From positions 24,118,001-24,182,000 of the forward strand of contig OX597834.1 in the NCBI GenBank assembly GCA_951406725.2: a stretch of 64,000 nt of DNA, in the 5' to 3' direction. Positions 1 through 12,426 of the stretch are shown here, in pieces; within the stretch, counting starts at the first letter, position 1; each line of letters starts with the position of its first letter. A program made the translations under genes and the position numbers. A model generated the notes under the pieces. The model made no database searches. It saw nothing but the letters and a program-made list of their open reading frames with translations, and was not told the DNA's origin. This stretch comes from Octopus vulgaris. Taxonomy: Eukaryota.

Positions 1-340
1 GGCTGATGCTGGAGGCATGTGAAAAGCTCATTTTGAGTGTTGGGCTTCACAGAGGCAATTATAAATGACCGAGATCTTTGGCATTATATTGTGCTGCAGA
101 AGAAGACCCATCAAGCTAAGTAAAATCGCTATCATAGCAGATACTGGTGTCACACAAATGGCACCAGTGACATACACTCTCAGAGTGGTTGGTTGGTATT
201 AGGAAGGGCATCCACCCATAGAAACCAAGCCAAATCAGACTGGAGTCTGGTGCAACCTTCCAGCTTGCCAGCCCTGGTCAAGCCATCCAACCCATTCCAG
301 CATGGACAACAGACATTAAATGATGATGATGATGATGATT
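1..340 (+). mobile_element. Family C SINE-like retroposon, degenerate, (GAT)n tail
   Basis: Diagnostic ggaagggcatcca...tagaaac...cagactgg...ccatccaaccca...cagcatgg block ending in (gat)n; homologous to 3661-3958, 9403-9851, 54764-55464. Confidence 0.8.
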
Positions 341-361
341 ATTATATATATATGTGTGTGT

Positions 362-393
<32 letters not shown>

Positions 394-879
394 ATCCATT
401 TATCTACACCCAGTATTTAGTCTGAACTAATCAATATCGTACCATTATGCTCACAGTATTGACCGAAACCCATCACTATAGTACTTTAGAAATAAATCAC
501 AAAACACCCTATTGATTATTGAACTGTATATGTTTTTGTGAACTGTTATTTTAAAGGTCAAATGAAGCATGAAGAAATTTGACAAGATCCACATACACTG
601 AAGTCTACACTTCCTTTCCACAGCAGGAAAAACGTAGCTAAAAGACATTGTTATTAATTCCATGCAGTTTCTTGTTTCTTAGTGTTGTTTTAGTTTTTTT
701 TTTCTTTATTTCTGTCAGTCTTTCTCTGTATTTACATTTTTATTTGGCCTCCCCCCTCCTTCTCCTTCTTACTCACTCACTCAGATACTATCTCACTTTT
801 GTTTGAAATAAATCATTTTTGCAGTGGTTTCACCCAAGCCAGTAGATATAATTTCAACCCAAGAAACTACATGGAACAT

Positions 880-1760
880 TAACTGCATCATACATCACCA
901 GACCACAGTGTAAACAAATCAATCACATTGCAGATCAACAAATCACGTTGTAGCTCACTAAATCACATTACAGATCAATAAATCACATTGCAGATTGCTG
1001 AATCACATTGAGATCAACCAATCACATTATAGACCAGTCGATCACATTGTAGATCAATAAATCACATTATTGAGCGATAACTTATATTGTAGCCCAATAA
1101 AGCACATTACTAAATATAATTGGAAACAATAAATTCCACTCAACAGCTATAAACCACCTTGTAGGTCAGTAAACAGCAATGAAGAGCAACATGTTCTATT
1201 CTTGGAGGTTAATGAATCGCATTGTAGGTTGATAAATGACTCTGTAGACTTGTAACTTACATTGAAGCCACAATGTTAATCAACAGATCTCATTGTAGAT
1301 CAATAAATTGTATTGGCAATCAATGAATTCCATCTGAGTATACTAAAGTATGCTGGAGAGTACTACATTGCACCAAACCAAAAGCTGGAAACAAAGAAAT
1401 CATATTATAGATTGATAAATCATAGTGAGACTCAATAAATAATAGAGATCAATGAAAACACCAGAGATAATTATTAAATCCCATTATTGACCAATAATTT
1501 ATGTAATCAACTGTGAAATCAGATTAAAGGTTAACAATCCACATTAAAAATGAATAAATCATAGAAGACACTGGGAAGTAATAATGAAGGCCACTGAATC
1601 TCCTTTATGACTATTAAACTATATTGTAGACTGCAAAACAACACCAAGGGCCAGTAAAATCGTATTTTAGACAACTAAACATTAGAGACCAGTGTATAAC
1701 AGTTTAGGTTACCAACCCTCACAACAAATCAACTTTTAGCACATTATAAACTATTGAGCC
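880..1760. repeat. Degenerate ~20-bp minisatellite (aatcacattgcagatcaaca-like)
   Basis: aatcacatt recurs every ~20 bp at 921-1070, then decays progressively towards ~1760. Confidence 0.75.
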
Positions 1761-1785
1761 ATGTGTGTATGTGTGTGTATATATA

Positions 1786-2720
1786 ATTGAAAAGATTGAC
1801 CATGCAGACTGGGTAGCACCAGCGATCTATGTAAAAAAATAATAAGCTAAGAGTGTGCACAGATTTCTTAACCGGATTAAACAACTGCTTACTCACACAC
1901 AATTACTCACTACCAAGCCCAGAAAAGATATTTGCTAAACTGAACAGAAAGAAAATTTTCTCGAAGTTAGACCTCTCAGAGGTGTACCTCCAAATTCAGT
2001 TAAAGGAAGACTGCACACATCTACTGACAATCAACACACATTGTGGATTGTACAAGTTCAAATGACTGCTGTTTGGAGTAAATGTGGCACCCGCCATATT
2101 CCAACAAATAATGGATGCGATGTTTAAGTGATTGCGACTTCGCCATCACATACCACGATGACATTTTGATAAAGGGTCAATCTTGGGTGCAACACGTCGA
2201 ATACATAAAGAAAGTATTTGAGAGAATCAGTGAATATGGGTTAAAACTGACATAAGAAAAATGAGAATTTTTGATGGAAAAAATAAAATCGCTGATAGTG
2301 GATGCAGACTGAACCCATCAAGGGTGACAGCAATATGAAATATGCTGCCCTTGATGAACATGTTAATGCTACAAGCATTCCCAGGCTTGGTAAATTATTA
2401 CCAAGTGTATATTCCAAATATACATAAGGTAAAGGCACCACTTCATGAATTACTAAAAAAATGCCAATTGGGTTTCGACAGAGAAATGCCAGAAAGTATT
2501 TAACGAGTTAAAAGATGTGTTAACTTCAGACTTGTACCTTACGCATTCTGACCTAAAGTTAGAGATAATACTGACTACAGATGCTAGCGAGTCTGGGATA
2601 GGATCCATGCTCCTACACAAGGATAATGATGGTAGAAGAAAGGCCATAGCTCACACATCAAGGACATTATTGCTGGTAGAAAAGAACTATCGCCAGATTG
2701 AAAAAGAGAACAAAAAAATA
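1786..2720 (+). pseudogene. Ty3/Gypsy pol fragment (RT + RNase H), frameshifted
   Basis: IEKIDHADWVAP, IFSKLDLSEVYLQI, FGVNVAPAIFQQIMD, YHDD at 2151-2162 (degenerate YxDD), ILTTDASESGIGSML, NYRQIEKE; stops and frameshifts. Confidence 0.92.
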
Positions 2721-3631
2721 TACTGAAATAATTTTAGCAAAACCCTTGATGCTATCCAGAATGGTGTGTTTGAATGTAAAACGTTGTTTAAAACCCAGTG
2801 TTTCACCATAAATATAAATCTTTCACAAAAGTTTTCTCAAAAACTTCACGGTTTGTGTGGTGAGGGTGTATTTTTGTTCCTAAGAAAATGAAAAGAAATA
2901 CTGGTTAAATCTTTTTATCTAGTCTCTTCTGGTGTTGTGCTGTACTAGAGCTGCAGATTTTTCAACTTCAGAACAGATATGTATCGATTTGAAAAGAACC
3001 CTACCTTACTTTTACATAACAATAGCAGTTTACTCAAACTATTTGGGTTTTTTTTTCATGATGATGATCAGGTCAGTTTTACTTGAGTCAGCCAGTGATC
3101 AAAATTATTCCAACCATGACTGTCCAGTCATATTTCAGACAGGCATGTATGACCACAGCTTACAATATGTCCTGCCACTGCTAAAGACAGTGTGATATAA
3201 AGGAGAATTGACTGCTATTTCTAACAGGCCAACTGACCATACAAAAGCTTCCTGGTTGATTTGTCCAAAAGGTGGCTCTACTTGAGTTTTTGTATACAGG
3301 GTCTAGGGATTTTTAGATTGCTTTCACTGTAGGAGGTGGGGGTAGTTAAATAGTCTAGGTTAACATGTTGACAGCCTCATCTCTGGTTTATTGTAAGAGA
3401 ACAGGGAATTCAATGCAACAGACAGAGACAAAGAGACCACACAAACAGACATTCAGAAGACAGACAGATATACAGACAACACAAACAAAAGTGGCTGATA
3501 CAGGTATGAAGTGAGAAGGCTGATGAATATAAAGATGGAGAGGTGAGAAAGGTAGAGAGATGGGGTAGAATGAAGAGAGACAGCGAGAGAGTGAGAAATA
3601 GAAAGAGAAGTGTAACAAAAAGACAGCAAAT

Positions 3632-3660
<29 letters not shown>

Positions 3661-3662
<2 letters not shown>

Positions 3663-3958
3663 GCGAACCATCCGAACGTGGCCGTTGCCAGCACCACCTC
3701 GACTGGCCTCATGCCGGTGGCACATAAAAAGCACCATCTGATCGTGGCTGTTTGCCAGCCCTGTATGGCACCTGTGCTGGTGGCACGGAAAAAGCACCCA
3801 CTACACTCACGGAGTGGTTGGTGTTAGGAAGGGCATCCAGCCGTAGAAACATTGCCAGATCAGACTGGGCCTGGTGCAGCCTTCTGGCTTCCCAGACCCC
3901 AGTTGAACTGTCCAAACCATGCTAGCATGGAAAACGGACGCTAAACGATGATGATGAT
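3661..3958 (+). mobile_element. Family C SINE-like retroposon with two internal repeat units
   Basis: gccggtggcac.taaaaagcacc units, then ggaagggcatccagccgtagaaac and a (gat)n tail; flanked by a ~50-bp direct repeat. Confidence 0.88.
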
Positions 3959-4006
3959 AGAGAGAGTGAGAAATAGAAAGAGAAGTGTGACAAAAAGACA
4001 GCAGAT

Positions 4007-4080
<74 letters not shown>

Positions 4081-4496
4081 TGCATACATAGACAAACTCA
4101 CACATGAACAAATCGGGTAAGAGGGAGGGGAGATGATGTTGCATGTGTCAGTATTTTTGTCTGAAGAAATAAAGAGAGATAATTGAATAAATATTTCCTA
4201 TCAATACCATCAATAACATGAGTACCATTGATACATATTGGTTTGCATCGCCTCATATTTTGTTTCTGATTTTTTTAAAATTTATTTCTTATTTTCTTTG
4301 TGAGATTACAATATCTTTGGCAATGTTCAGTCAATAAACTTTATTGATTTCTTTGCTCTGATAAGTATTGATTAGTTTTATTGCTTCACTTTGTAACTAA
4401 AGTACTTTTTCTGGTGGGGGGAAGGTTTTTGTTTGTTTTTAGTTTGTTTGTTTTGTGTCTTTTTTGTGTGTTGTCCATTTTAATGGAGTCTGCTAT

Positions 4497-4498
<2 letters not shown>

Positions 4499-4530
<32 letters not shown>

Positions 4531-4631
4531 GAGAGAAAGAGAGAGAGAGAAAGAGAGAGACAGAGAGAAAGAGAGAGAGAGAAAGAGAGAGAGAGAGAAA
4601 AAGAGAAAGAGAGAGAGAGAAAGAGAGAGAG
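4499..4631. repeat. (GA)n-rich microsatellite
   Basis: Visible directly in the sequence. Confidence 0.95.
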
Positions 4632-4676
4632 TATATGTGTTACATGTATGTGCATATGTTGTGTGTGTGTGTGTGT

Positions 4677-4887
4677 ACTCTCTTTTTACTTTTTTACTTA
4701 TTTAAGTCATTTGACTGCAGCCATGCTGGAGCACCACCTTTAGTCAAGCAAATCGACCCCAAGACTTATTCTTGTAAGCCCAGTACTTATTCTATCAGTC
4801 TCTTTTGCCGAACCGCTAAGTTACGGGGATGTAAACACACCAGCATTGGTTGGGAAGCGATGTTGGAGGGACAAACACAGACATACA

Positions 4888-4937
<50 letters not shown>

Positions 4938-5096
4938 TACAACAGGCTTCTTTCAGTTTCCGTCTAGCAAATCCACTCACAAGGCTTTGGTCGGCCCAAG
5001 GCTATAGTAGAAGACACTTGCCCAAGGTGCCACGCAGTGGGACTGAACCCGGAACCATGTGGTTTGTAAGCAAGCTACTTACCACACAGCCACTCA
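4677..5096 (-). mobile_element. Family A tRNA-derived SINE
   Basis: On minus: A-box-like tggctgtgtgg, B-box-like ggttcagtccc, internal (TA/TG)n, tail ...gcagtcaaatgact...aagtaaaa; >12 copies in window. Confidence 0.93.
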
Positions 5097-5771
5097 TATT
5101 TGCAGTTACATCTGTTATACAGATATAATATTGACATGACAATGGCAGTCCACTCTCACTAATGTCTTTCTTCACCTTCCACCTGTTGATGAAGCGCCAT
5201 CTTCAGGCAGTTATACCATTGCTAATCTGTCATTGCATGTTGGCACAAATTGGCATTCAATTGATTCCAAATATTTTATTTTTGCCACCCCTGAAAGGGT
5301 GAAAGGTAAAGTTGACCTTGGCAAGATTTGAACTCAGAATGCAAAGATCTGGAACAAATTCTACTAGACATTTTGTCTGATTCTCTACCAGTTCTGTTAA
5401 GCCCCTTCCCTTCCCTCAATTAAAATACTCCAGTAATGATTTATGATAAACCTAATTCCAAATCCTGATTTAGTAGTTCATTTTTATTTTATTTATTTAT
5501 TTTATTTATTTATTGTTATTTATTTTAATCAAAACAAAATGGTTGCCTAAATATATGAATTACTTGTGGATTGATTGAGAATATTTGTGTGTGAATACGG
5601 AAAGCTTGGATTTCTCAAATAATTGTGAACATTATCATCGTCATAATAATAATCATCATCATAATTGTACTCCCAGCTATCACCATCATCATCATCACAA
5701 TTAACATATTCAGTTTCAAAATCAGCAGCTTCATTTCTCTCAATTCCCATAGCTTTTCTCTTCATCATAGT

Positions 5772-6148
5772 GGAGACGCAATGACCCAGTGGTTAGGGCA
5801 GCGGACTCGCGGTCGGAGGATCGCGGTTTCGATTTCAAGACCTGGCATTGTGTATGTTTATTGAGTAAAAACACCTAAAGTTCCACGAGCTCTGGCAGGG
5901 GGTGGTGGTGACCCCAGTTGTACTCTTTCGCTCCAGCTTTCTCTCACTCTTTCTTCCTGTTTCTTGTCCCCGACTTCCTACGCAACCGCTGAGCCTGGAT
6001 GCACATTCATCCATCCCTCGATGCTCTCAGTATCGAGGGTTGACCTGCTTTCTCTTCTGCAGGTCTTACGAATAGCAAAGGACCACGTATCGGACTTCTC
6101 TCGCTACGGACGAAGACCGCTTCACTCAACAAACAAACAAACAAACGC
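5772..6148 (+). mobile_element. Family D tRNA-derived SINE with (AAAC)n tail
   Basis: tRNA-like head tgacccagtggttagggc...ggtttcgatttc; same head at 49392; tcttcatcat flanks both ends as a likely TSD. Confidence 0.85.
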
Positions 6149-6384
6149 TCTTCATCATCATCATGTTGGCTTTTATTGTTGTTGTTGTAAAGCAGCAAAC
6201 TGACAAAATCCTTCGCGTGTCAGACAAAATTCTTTGTGATATTTCTTCTGGTTTTATGTTCAGAGTTTAAATTCTGCCAAGGTCAATTTTGCCTTCCATC
6301 CTTCCATGGTCAATAAGTTGATGTAATCAACTTAACCCCTCCTTTCAAAATTGCCAGTCTTGTACTGAAATTTAAAACCATTAG

Positions 6385-6616
6385 GGCTGCGAGCTGGCAG
6401 AAACGTTAGCACGCCGGGCAAAATGCATAGCCGTATTTCGTCTGCCATTAAGTGTTCTGGGTTCAAATTCCGCCGAGGTCGACTTTGCCTTTCATCCTTT
6501 CAGGGTCGATAAATTAAGTACCAGTTACGCACTGGAGTCGATGTAATCGACTTAATCCCTTTGTCTGTCCTTGTTTGTCCCCTCTATGTTTAGCCCCTTG
6601 TGGGTAGTAAAGAAAT
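6385..6616 (+). mobile_element. Family B tRNA-derived SINE (older degenerate copies at 5280-5400, 6191-6384, 6638-6740)
   Basis: gagctggcagaaacgttagc head, ggttcaaattcc B box, gcctttcatcctttc.gggtcgataaa core, gccccttgtgggtagtaaagaaa end. Confidence 0.9.
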
Positions 6617-7037
6617 ATATTATTACAGTTGTTATTAAGGCTGCAAGCTGGCAGAATCATTATCATAGTGGCAAAATGTTTAGCAGTATTTTGTCCATCT
6701 TTTTCTGGGGTCAATAAAATAAGTACTAGTTGAGCACTGATAAATTCTTTATAGTTGATGGTTAGTAACTAGAGTTGCTACAAATCCAAATAAAAATACA
6801 AATTATGAGAGTAGAATGGGTAAAATATCACTACATATGTTTCTTAGCTAACTGTTATGCAATGAGTTATGCATAATGTTGCTAATCATCAAGCTGAGAT
6901 TGCATTAATTTTATGTTGTTGGCTGGAGTTTCTAAGTCAGCCAAAACACAATGGTGAGCTCGACTGAATAGAAAAAAAACTGGTTGCAAAAAATAAAAAA
7001 TTTAAAAAAAAAAAACCCCAAAAAACAAAAAAAATCA

Positions 7038-8775
7038 AGAACCCATGAATGATACAGCAAAGGGTGAGACCCAAAATAAGCAAAGAGTGGGTGTGGTTTA
7101 GAGTTGAGGAGTTGGAAAGAAAGAAGAAAAAATAAAGAATTGATATCGTTATGGGCAAAGTATTGTGGTCATAAACATTTATTCAAGAGAGGTAACAGCA
7201 GATTTTGCTGGCTGCTAGAATGCTGTCATCCAAATTTATATGGTTAAATTGGTGGCCATAGTTGGAAGAGTGCTGAGCAGGTTTGTCATGGTAGTAGAGT
7301 TTAGGGAAATAAAGGAAGGATTTACCTAGAGAAAAAAACCTTCAATTTTATCTATACGAATGAACATATCCACAGTTCCAGGTCACTCCACATAAAGATA
7401 TACTTAATTGAATTCTTATAACCAGCTTGATGTAGGGCACTATTATAATATTTGGCATATAGTATCGAGTGTTTATTTATTGGCAGATAGAGATGAACTA
7501 TAGGATATGCTGTCAACAATTGATTTAAGGACAGAGGTGGGGTGGTTAGTTAAAAAGCTTATGTAATTTAGGTTCTCACCTAGTTTGTGGTAAGGATGGA
7601 AGTAGTCGTTTTATAGATCTAAGGCAACAGTGAAGACGTTGGCAGTTTTAAGATTGGAGCTAAGGCCCATGTTCTTAAAGAAGAAAATGATTCTTTTTCA
7701 ATATTGTTCGACTCCCAGTTACTATACCTTTGGACTGCAAATAGAGTATCATCCCTATATTGACCACTAGAAATATTGGGAAAGTGATCCTGGAAACAGT
7801 GGAGATCAGTGACCTGGGCCGAGACCTATATCAGAGGGGCAAATGAGGGGAACAGAAGGGTTTGCAACAGAATTTTCACTGTGGTCTTTCAAATTTATTT
7901 GAGGTGGTTTGAGCTTGAAATGTTCAGTCCTGTTTTCCAGACTGAAGTTAAAAGTCATTAATTTTCATCAGGAGTGGCTGTGTGGTAAGTAGCTTGCTAA
8001 CCATCCACATGGTTCTGGGTTCAATCCCACTGCGTGGCATCTTGGGCATTTGTCTTCTGCTATAGCCCCGGGCCGACCAATGCCTTGTGAGTGGATTTGG
8101 TAGACGGAAACTGAAAGAAGCCTGTCGTATATATGTATATATATATAGGTATGTGTTTGTGTGTCTGTGTTTGTCCCCCTAGCATTGCTTGACAACCGCT
8201 GCTGGTGTGTGTTTACGTCCCCGTCACTTAGCGGTTCGGCAATAGAGACCGATAGAATAAGTACTGGGCTTACAAAGAATAAGTCCCGGGGTCGATTTGC
8301 TCAACTAAAGGCGGTGCTCCAGCATGGCCGCAGTCAAATGACTGAAACAAGTAAAAGAGTAAAAGAGAGAGAGAAAAAAAGAGGTGAGGGTTGAGTGTAC
8401 TGTTCCTGGGTGTAGACCCTATATTTTTTCAAACTAATGAAATCTTTTTGGAAGCTATCCAGATTACTGTTAAGGGGAGGGTTTTTATGAGATCTAAATT
8501 CATTGAAGAAGGCTTGATAATTCCGGTTTTTAGGATTAGTAAGAGAGTTGCTAACAAAAAATAAAAAAAAGAAGGCCTTCCACATCATTCAACAAATCAG
8601 TTCATTGATACTGTGAACTATAAAACTCATATATTCAGTTTTATTTGTTAATGGGGTATCCTTGAGCAACAGGTTCAGAAAAGGAGAAAGAGTTTCTTCC
8701 CACTCCTCAACCCTAAACCACAACTACTCTTGCTTATTTTGGGTCTCACCCTTTGCTATATCACTCATTGGTTCT
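7038..8775 (-). mobile_element. Decayed Penelope-like element (RT) with inverted ~80-bp ends, interrupted by a SINE
   Basis: Minus-strand GQYRDDTL (YRDD 7748-7759) followed by ALDL*NDYFHPYHK, resembling the Penelope RT motif YRDD..FLD.TLDL....YKPY.K; 7038-7120 is the reverse complement of 8695-8775. Confidence 0.75.
7968..8370 (+). mobile_element. Family A SINE
   Basis: Near full-length match to the other family A copies. Confidence 0.93.
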
Positions 8776-9119
8776 CAAAACTTACTTCTTGATTAAAATA
8801 AAATTTAAAAAAATTTTTCACTATATTCAATTGAACAGCCTGGATGTATAATAGAAAACACTTGCACAGTGTGCCATGCAGCAGGACTGAACTACTTAAA
8901 ACACAACCATGCCTGTGGTTATAGACAAACACACACACACACAGACAGACAGACACACACACAAACACACACACACACACATATTCTTTTATTTGTTTCA
9001 GTCATTTGACTGTGGCCATGCTGAAGCCTGACCCCAGGACTTATTCTTTGTAAGCCAAGTACTTATTCTATCAGTCTCTTTTGCTGAACTGCTAAACACA
9101 CCAAAACAAACATACACAT

Positions 9120-9181
<62 letters not shown>

Positions 9182-9188
9182 ATATGTA

Positions 9189-9232
<44 letters not shown>

Positions 9233-9351
9233 ATGTATATATGTATATATATATATATACATATATTATACATATATATATGTGTATGTATATATGTATA
9301 TATATATATATACATATATTATACATATATATATGTATGTATGTATATATG

Positions 9352-9382
<31 letters not shown>

Positions 9383-9402
9383 GCACACATATATATATAT
9401 AT
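9120..9402. repeat. (TA)n/(TATG)n compound microsatellite
   Basis: Visible directly in the sequence. Confidence 0.95.
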
Positions 9403-9848
9403 GGCCCCGTGTCGGTGGCACGTAAAAGCACCATCCGTTCGTGTCCGTTGCCAGCCTCCTCACCTGGCCCCCGTGCCGGTGACACGTAAAAGCACCATCC
9501 GTTCGTGGCCGTTTGCCAGCACCGTCTGGCCCCGTGTCGGTGGCACGTAAAAGCACCATCCGTTTGTGTCCGTTGCCAGCCTCGCCTGGCCCCCATGCTG
9601 GCGACACGTAAAAGCACCATCCGTTCGTGGCCGTTTGCCAGCTCCGTCTGGCACCTGTGTGGGTGGCACGTAAAAAGCACCCACTACACTCACGGAGAGG
9701 TTGGCGTTAGGAAGGGCATCCAGCTGTAGAAACATTGCCAGATCAGACTGGGCCTGATGCAGCCTTCTGGCTTCACAGACCCAGTTGAACCATCCAACCC
9801 ATGCTAGCATGGAAAGCGGACGCTAAATGATGATGATGATGATGATGA

Positions 9849-9851
<3 letters not shown>
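9403..9851 (+). mobile_element. Family C retroposon with five internal ~60-bp units
   Basis: Repeated ccgtg.cggtggcacgtaaaagcaccatccgtt units, then the family C 3' block and (gat)n. Confidence 0.9.
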
Positions 9852-9887
<36 letters not shown>

Positions 9888-10192
9888 AAATATATTTGTG
9901 TGTGTTTGTGTAGAGGCACATGCACACATGTAATATATACCTAATACTTGAATCTATATATTCTATTTTTTTATTTTGCGTGTCACAGAAGTTACAAAAT
10001 GACTCAAGAGCACACCCACATACACACATACACACATATACGCATATACATACACATGCACACATGCACACATGTATTGAAGTATGATTGTACATATGTG
10101 TGTGTGTGCATTTGCCTGACATGACTTCAGCTCATCAGAAATGTTTTTTATTTCCAGTGAAATTCTGCTAAATATAAAATAAACAAAGAGGC

Positions 10193-10292
<100 letters not shown>

Positions 10293-10919
10293 TTTGAGAG
10301 ATGGAAAGGAAAAGAGAAAAGTGAAGCATAAAATTAAGTGGAATATTAGAAATTGATGGTAACAGAAGCAGATGATGAGGATGATGGTGACAGTGGTGAT
10401 GATGATGATGATGATTGTCGTAGAAAAAAGATAAGAAGGCAGGATAAAAGTAATTAAAAGCAAAAAGTACAAAAAGATAGAAAGGCAAAAAGAAGGAAAT
10501 AATGAAAGGAAAAAAAAAAATCAAAAAAAGGAAGGAAGGAAGGAAGGAATGAATGAATGAGAGCAAGAAAGCAAGGAAGGATTTCCAACAGAATTCTTAA
10601 TTCAATATATCCTTCGCGTGGTGGCAGATATCGCATCGCATCGCATCATGTCATATTGTTGTGGTGGTGGTGTACTGTTACAGTAGTAATAATACAAATA
10701 AAGGTCATGTTTGTTCTTGTTGTTGTTGTTGGTGGTGGTGGTGGTGTGTGTTTTGTGTGTTGTTTGTGTATTCATTGCCGATTCCCTTTGTGTAATGTGT
10801 CACGTGTATGCCTGCTGGTGCCTGGAACTGGTTATAGAGTTACATCTATGCAATGCAACTAATTCCACTCTACCACCTACAATGCAACTGGTTATATATA
10901 CTATACTACCTGTACGACA

Positions 10920-11270
10920 TCACTGCCTATTTGCTACTACCTATGCAACACCACAGGTTACTCGTTACTACCTATGCAACACCACTGGCTTCTTGCTACT
11001 ACCTATGCAAAACTACTGACTACTTACTACTACTACATATGCAGCACCACTGGCTATTTGCTATTACCTATGCAACACCACTGGCTACTTGCTACTACCT
11101 ATGCAAAACTACTGACTACTTACTACTACTACATATGCAGCACCACTGGCTATTTGCTATTACCTATGCAACACCACTGGCTACTTGCTACTACCTATGC
11201 AAAACTACTGACTACTTACTACTACATATGCAGCACCACTGGCTACTTGCTACTACCTAGGCAACACCAC
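10920..11270. repeat. Minisatellite with 96-bp higher-order unit (31+34+31 bp subunits)
   Basis: acctatgcaacaccactggct...ctatt repeated about 3 times; ORF track shows 32-aa periodicity. Confidence 0.9.
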
Positions 11271-11377
11271 TCACTGTTAATTCAAAGCATGTTATATTCA
11301 GTGGCGGCAAAAACGATATTTTATATAAATTTTTTTTCATCTGTGACAAAAGTACATGTGACCTGAGGGGTTTTTTT

Positions 11378-11750
11378 TTTTGTTTCAGTCATTTGACTGC
11401 GGCCATGCTGGAGCACCGCCTTTTAGTCGAGCAAATCGACCCCCGGTCTTATTCTTTGTAAGCCCAGTACTTATTCTATTGGTCTCTTTGGCCGAACTGC
11501 TATGTAACGGGGACGTAAACATACCAGCATCGGTTGTCAAGCGATGTTGGGGGGACAAACACAGACACACAAACACACACATATACATATACATATACAT
11601 ATATACAACAGGCTTCTTTCAGTTTCCATCTACGAAATCCACTCACAAGGCTTTGGTCGGCCCGAGGCTATAGTAGAAGACACTTGCTCAAGGTGCCACG
11701 CAGTGGGACTGAACCTGGAACCGTGCGGTTGGTAAGCAGCCACTCCTGCG
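11378..11750 (-). mobile_element. Family A SINE
   Basis: Match to the other family A copies. Confidence 0.92.
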
Positions 11751-12192
11751 GTATAATAAACAATTATTATTAATAACTACATTAAAGCAGTGAGCTACCG
11801 GAATCGTTAGCATGCCAGGCAAAATACTTAGTGGCATTTCATTCATCTTCACCTTCTGAGTTCAAATTTTGCTGAGGTCGACTTTACCTTTCATCCTTTA
11901 GGGGGCAATAAATTAAGTACAAGTGAAACACTGGGGTTGATATAATCGACTAGTCCCCTCCCACCAAAATTCAGGACTTGAGCCTTTAGTAGAAAGGACT
12001 ATTAATAACTACATTATTATTAGCAATTACCTTTTAGATGCATAGATATTTTTCATGTGAACATAGAATTTCTTTTGTGTATGTTGGCAAAATGTGTCAT
12101 TTCACATGAGAAGAGCAAACAAGAAATTTTTATTGAATAATTGAGGTCTGTGGCTAAACCTTACACATAGCTTGTCTTCAAAAAGAAATATA

Positions 12193-12426
12193 CCTATTTC
12201 TTTACTACACACAAGGGGCTAAACACAGAGAGGACAAACAAGGACAGACAAACGGATTAAGTCGATTATATCGACCTCAGTGCATAACTGGTACTTTATT
12301 TATTGACCCCGAAAGGATGAAAGGCAAAGTCGACCTCAGCGGAATTTGAACTCAGAACGCAGCGGCGGACGAAATACCCACAAAGCATTTCGCACGGCGT
12401 GCTAACGTTTCTGCCAGCTCGCTGCC
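12193..12426 (-). mobile_element. Family B SINE, full length, between ~125-bp direct repeats
   Basis: Reverse complement of the 13003-13236 copy; flanks 12070-12194 and 12427-12549 are near identical. Confidence 0.93.

Noticed and set aside
5772-5846. tRNA-like sequence (also 49392-49466 and heads of families A/B)
   Set aside because: Continues into SINE body and tail; multi-copy SINE heads, not tRNA genes
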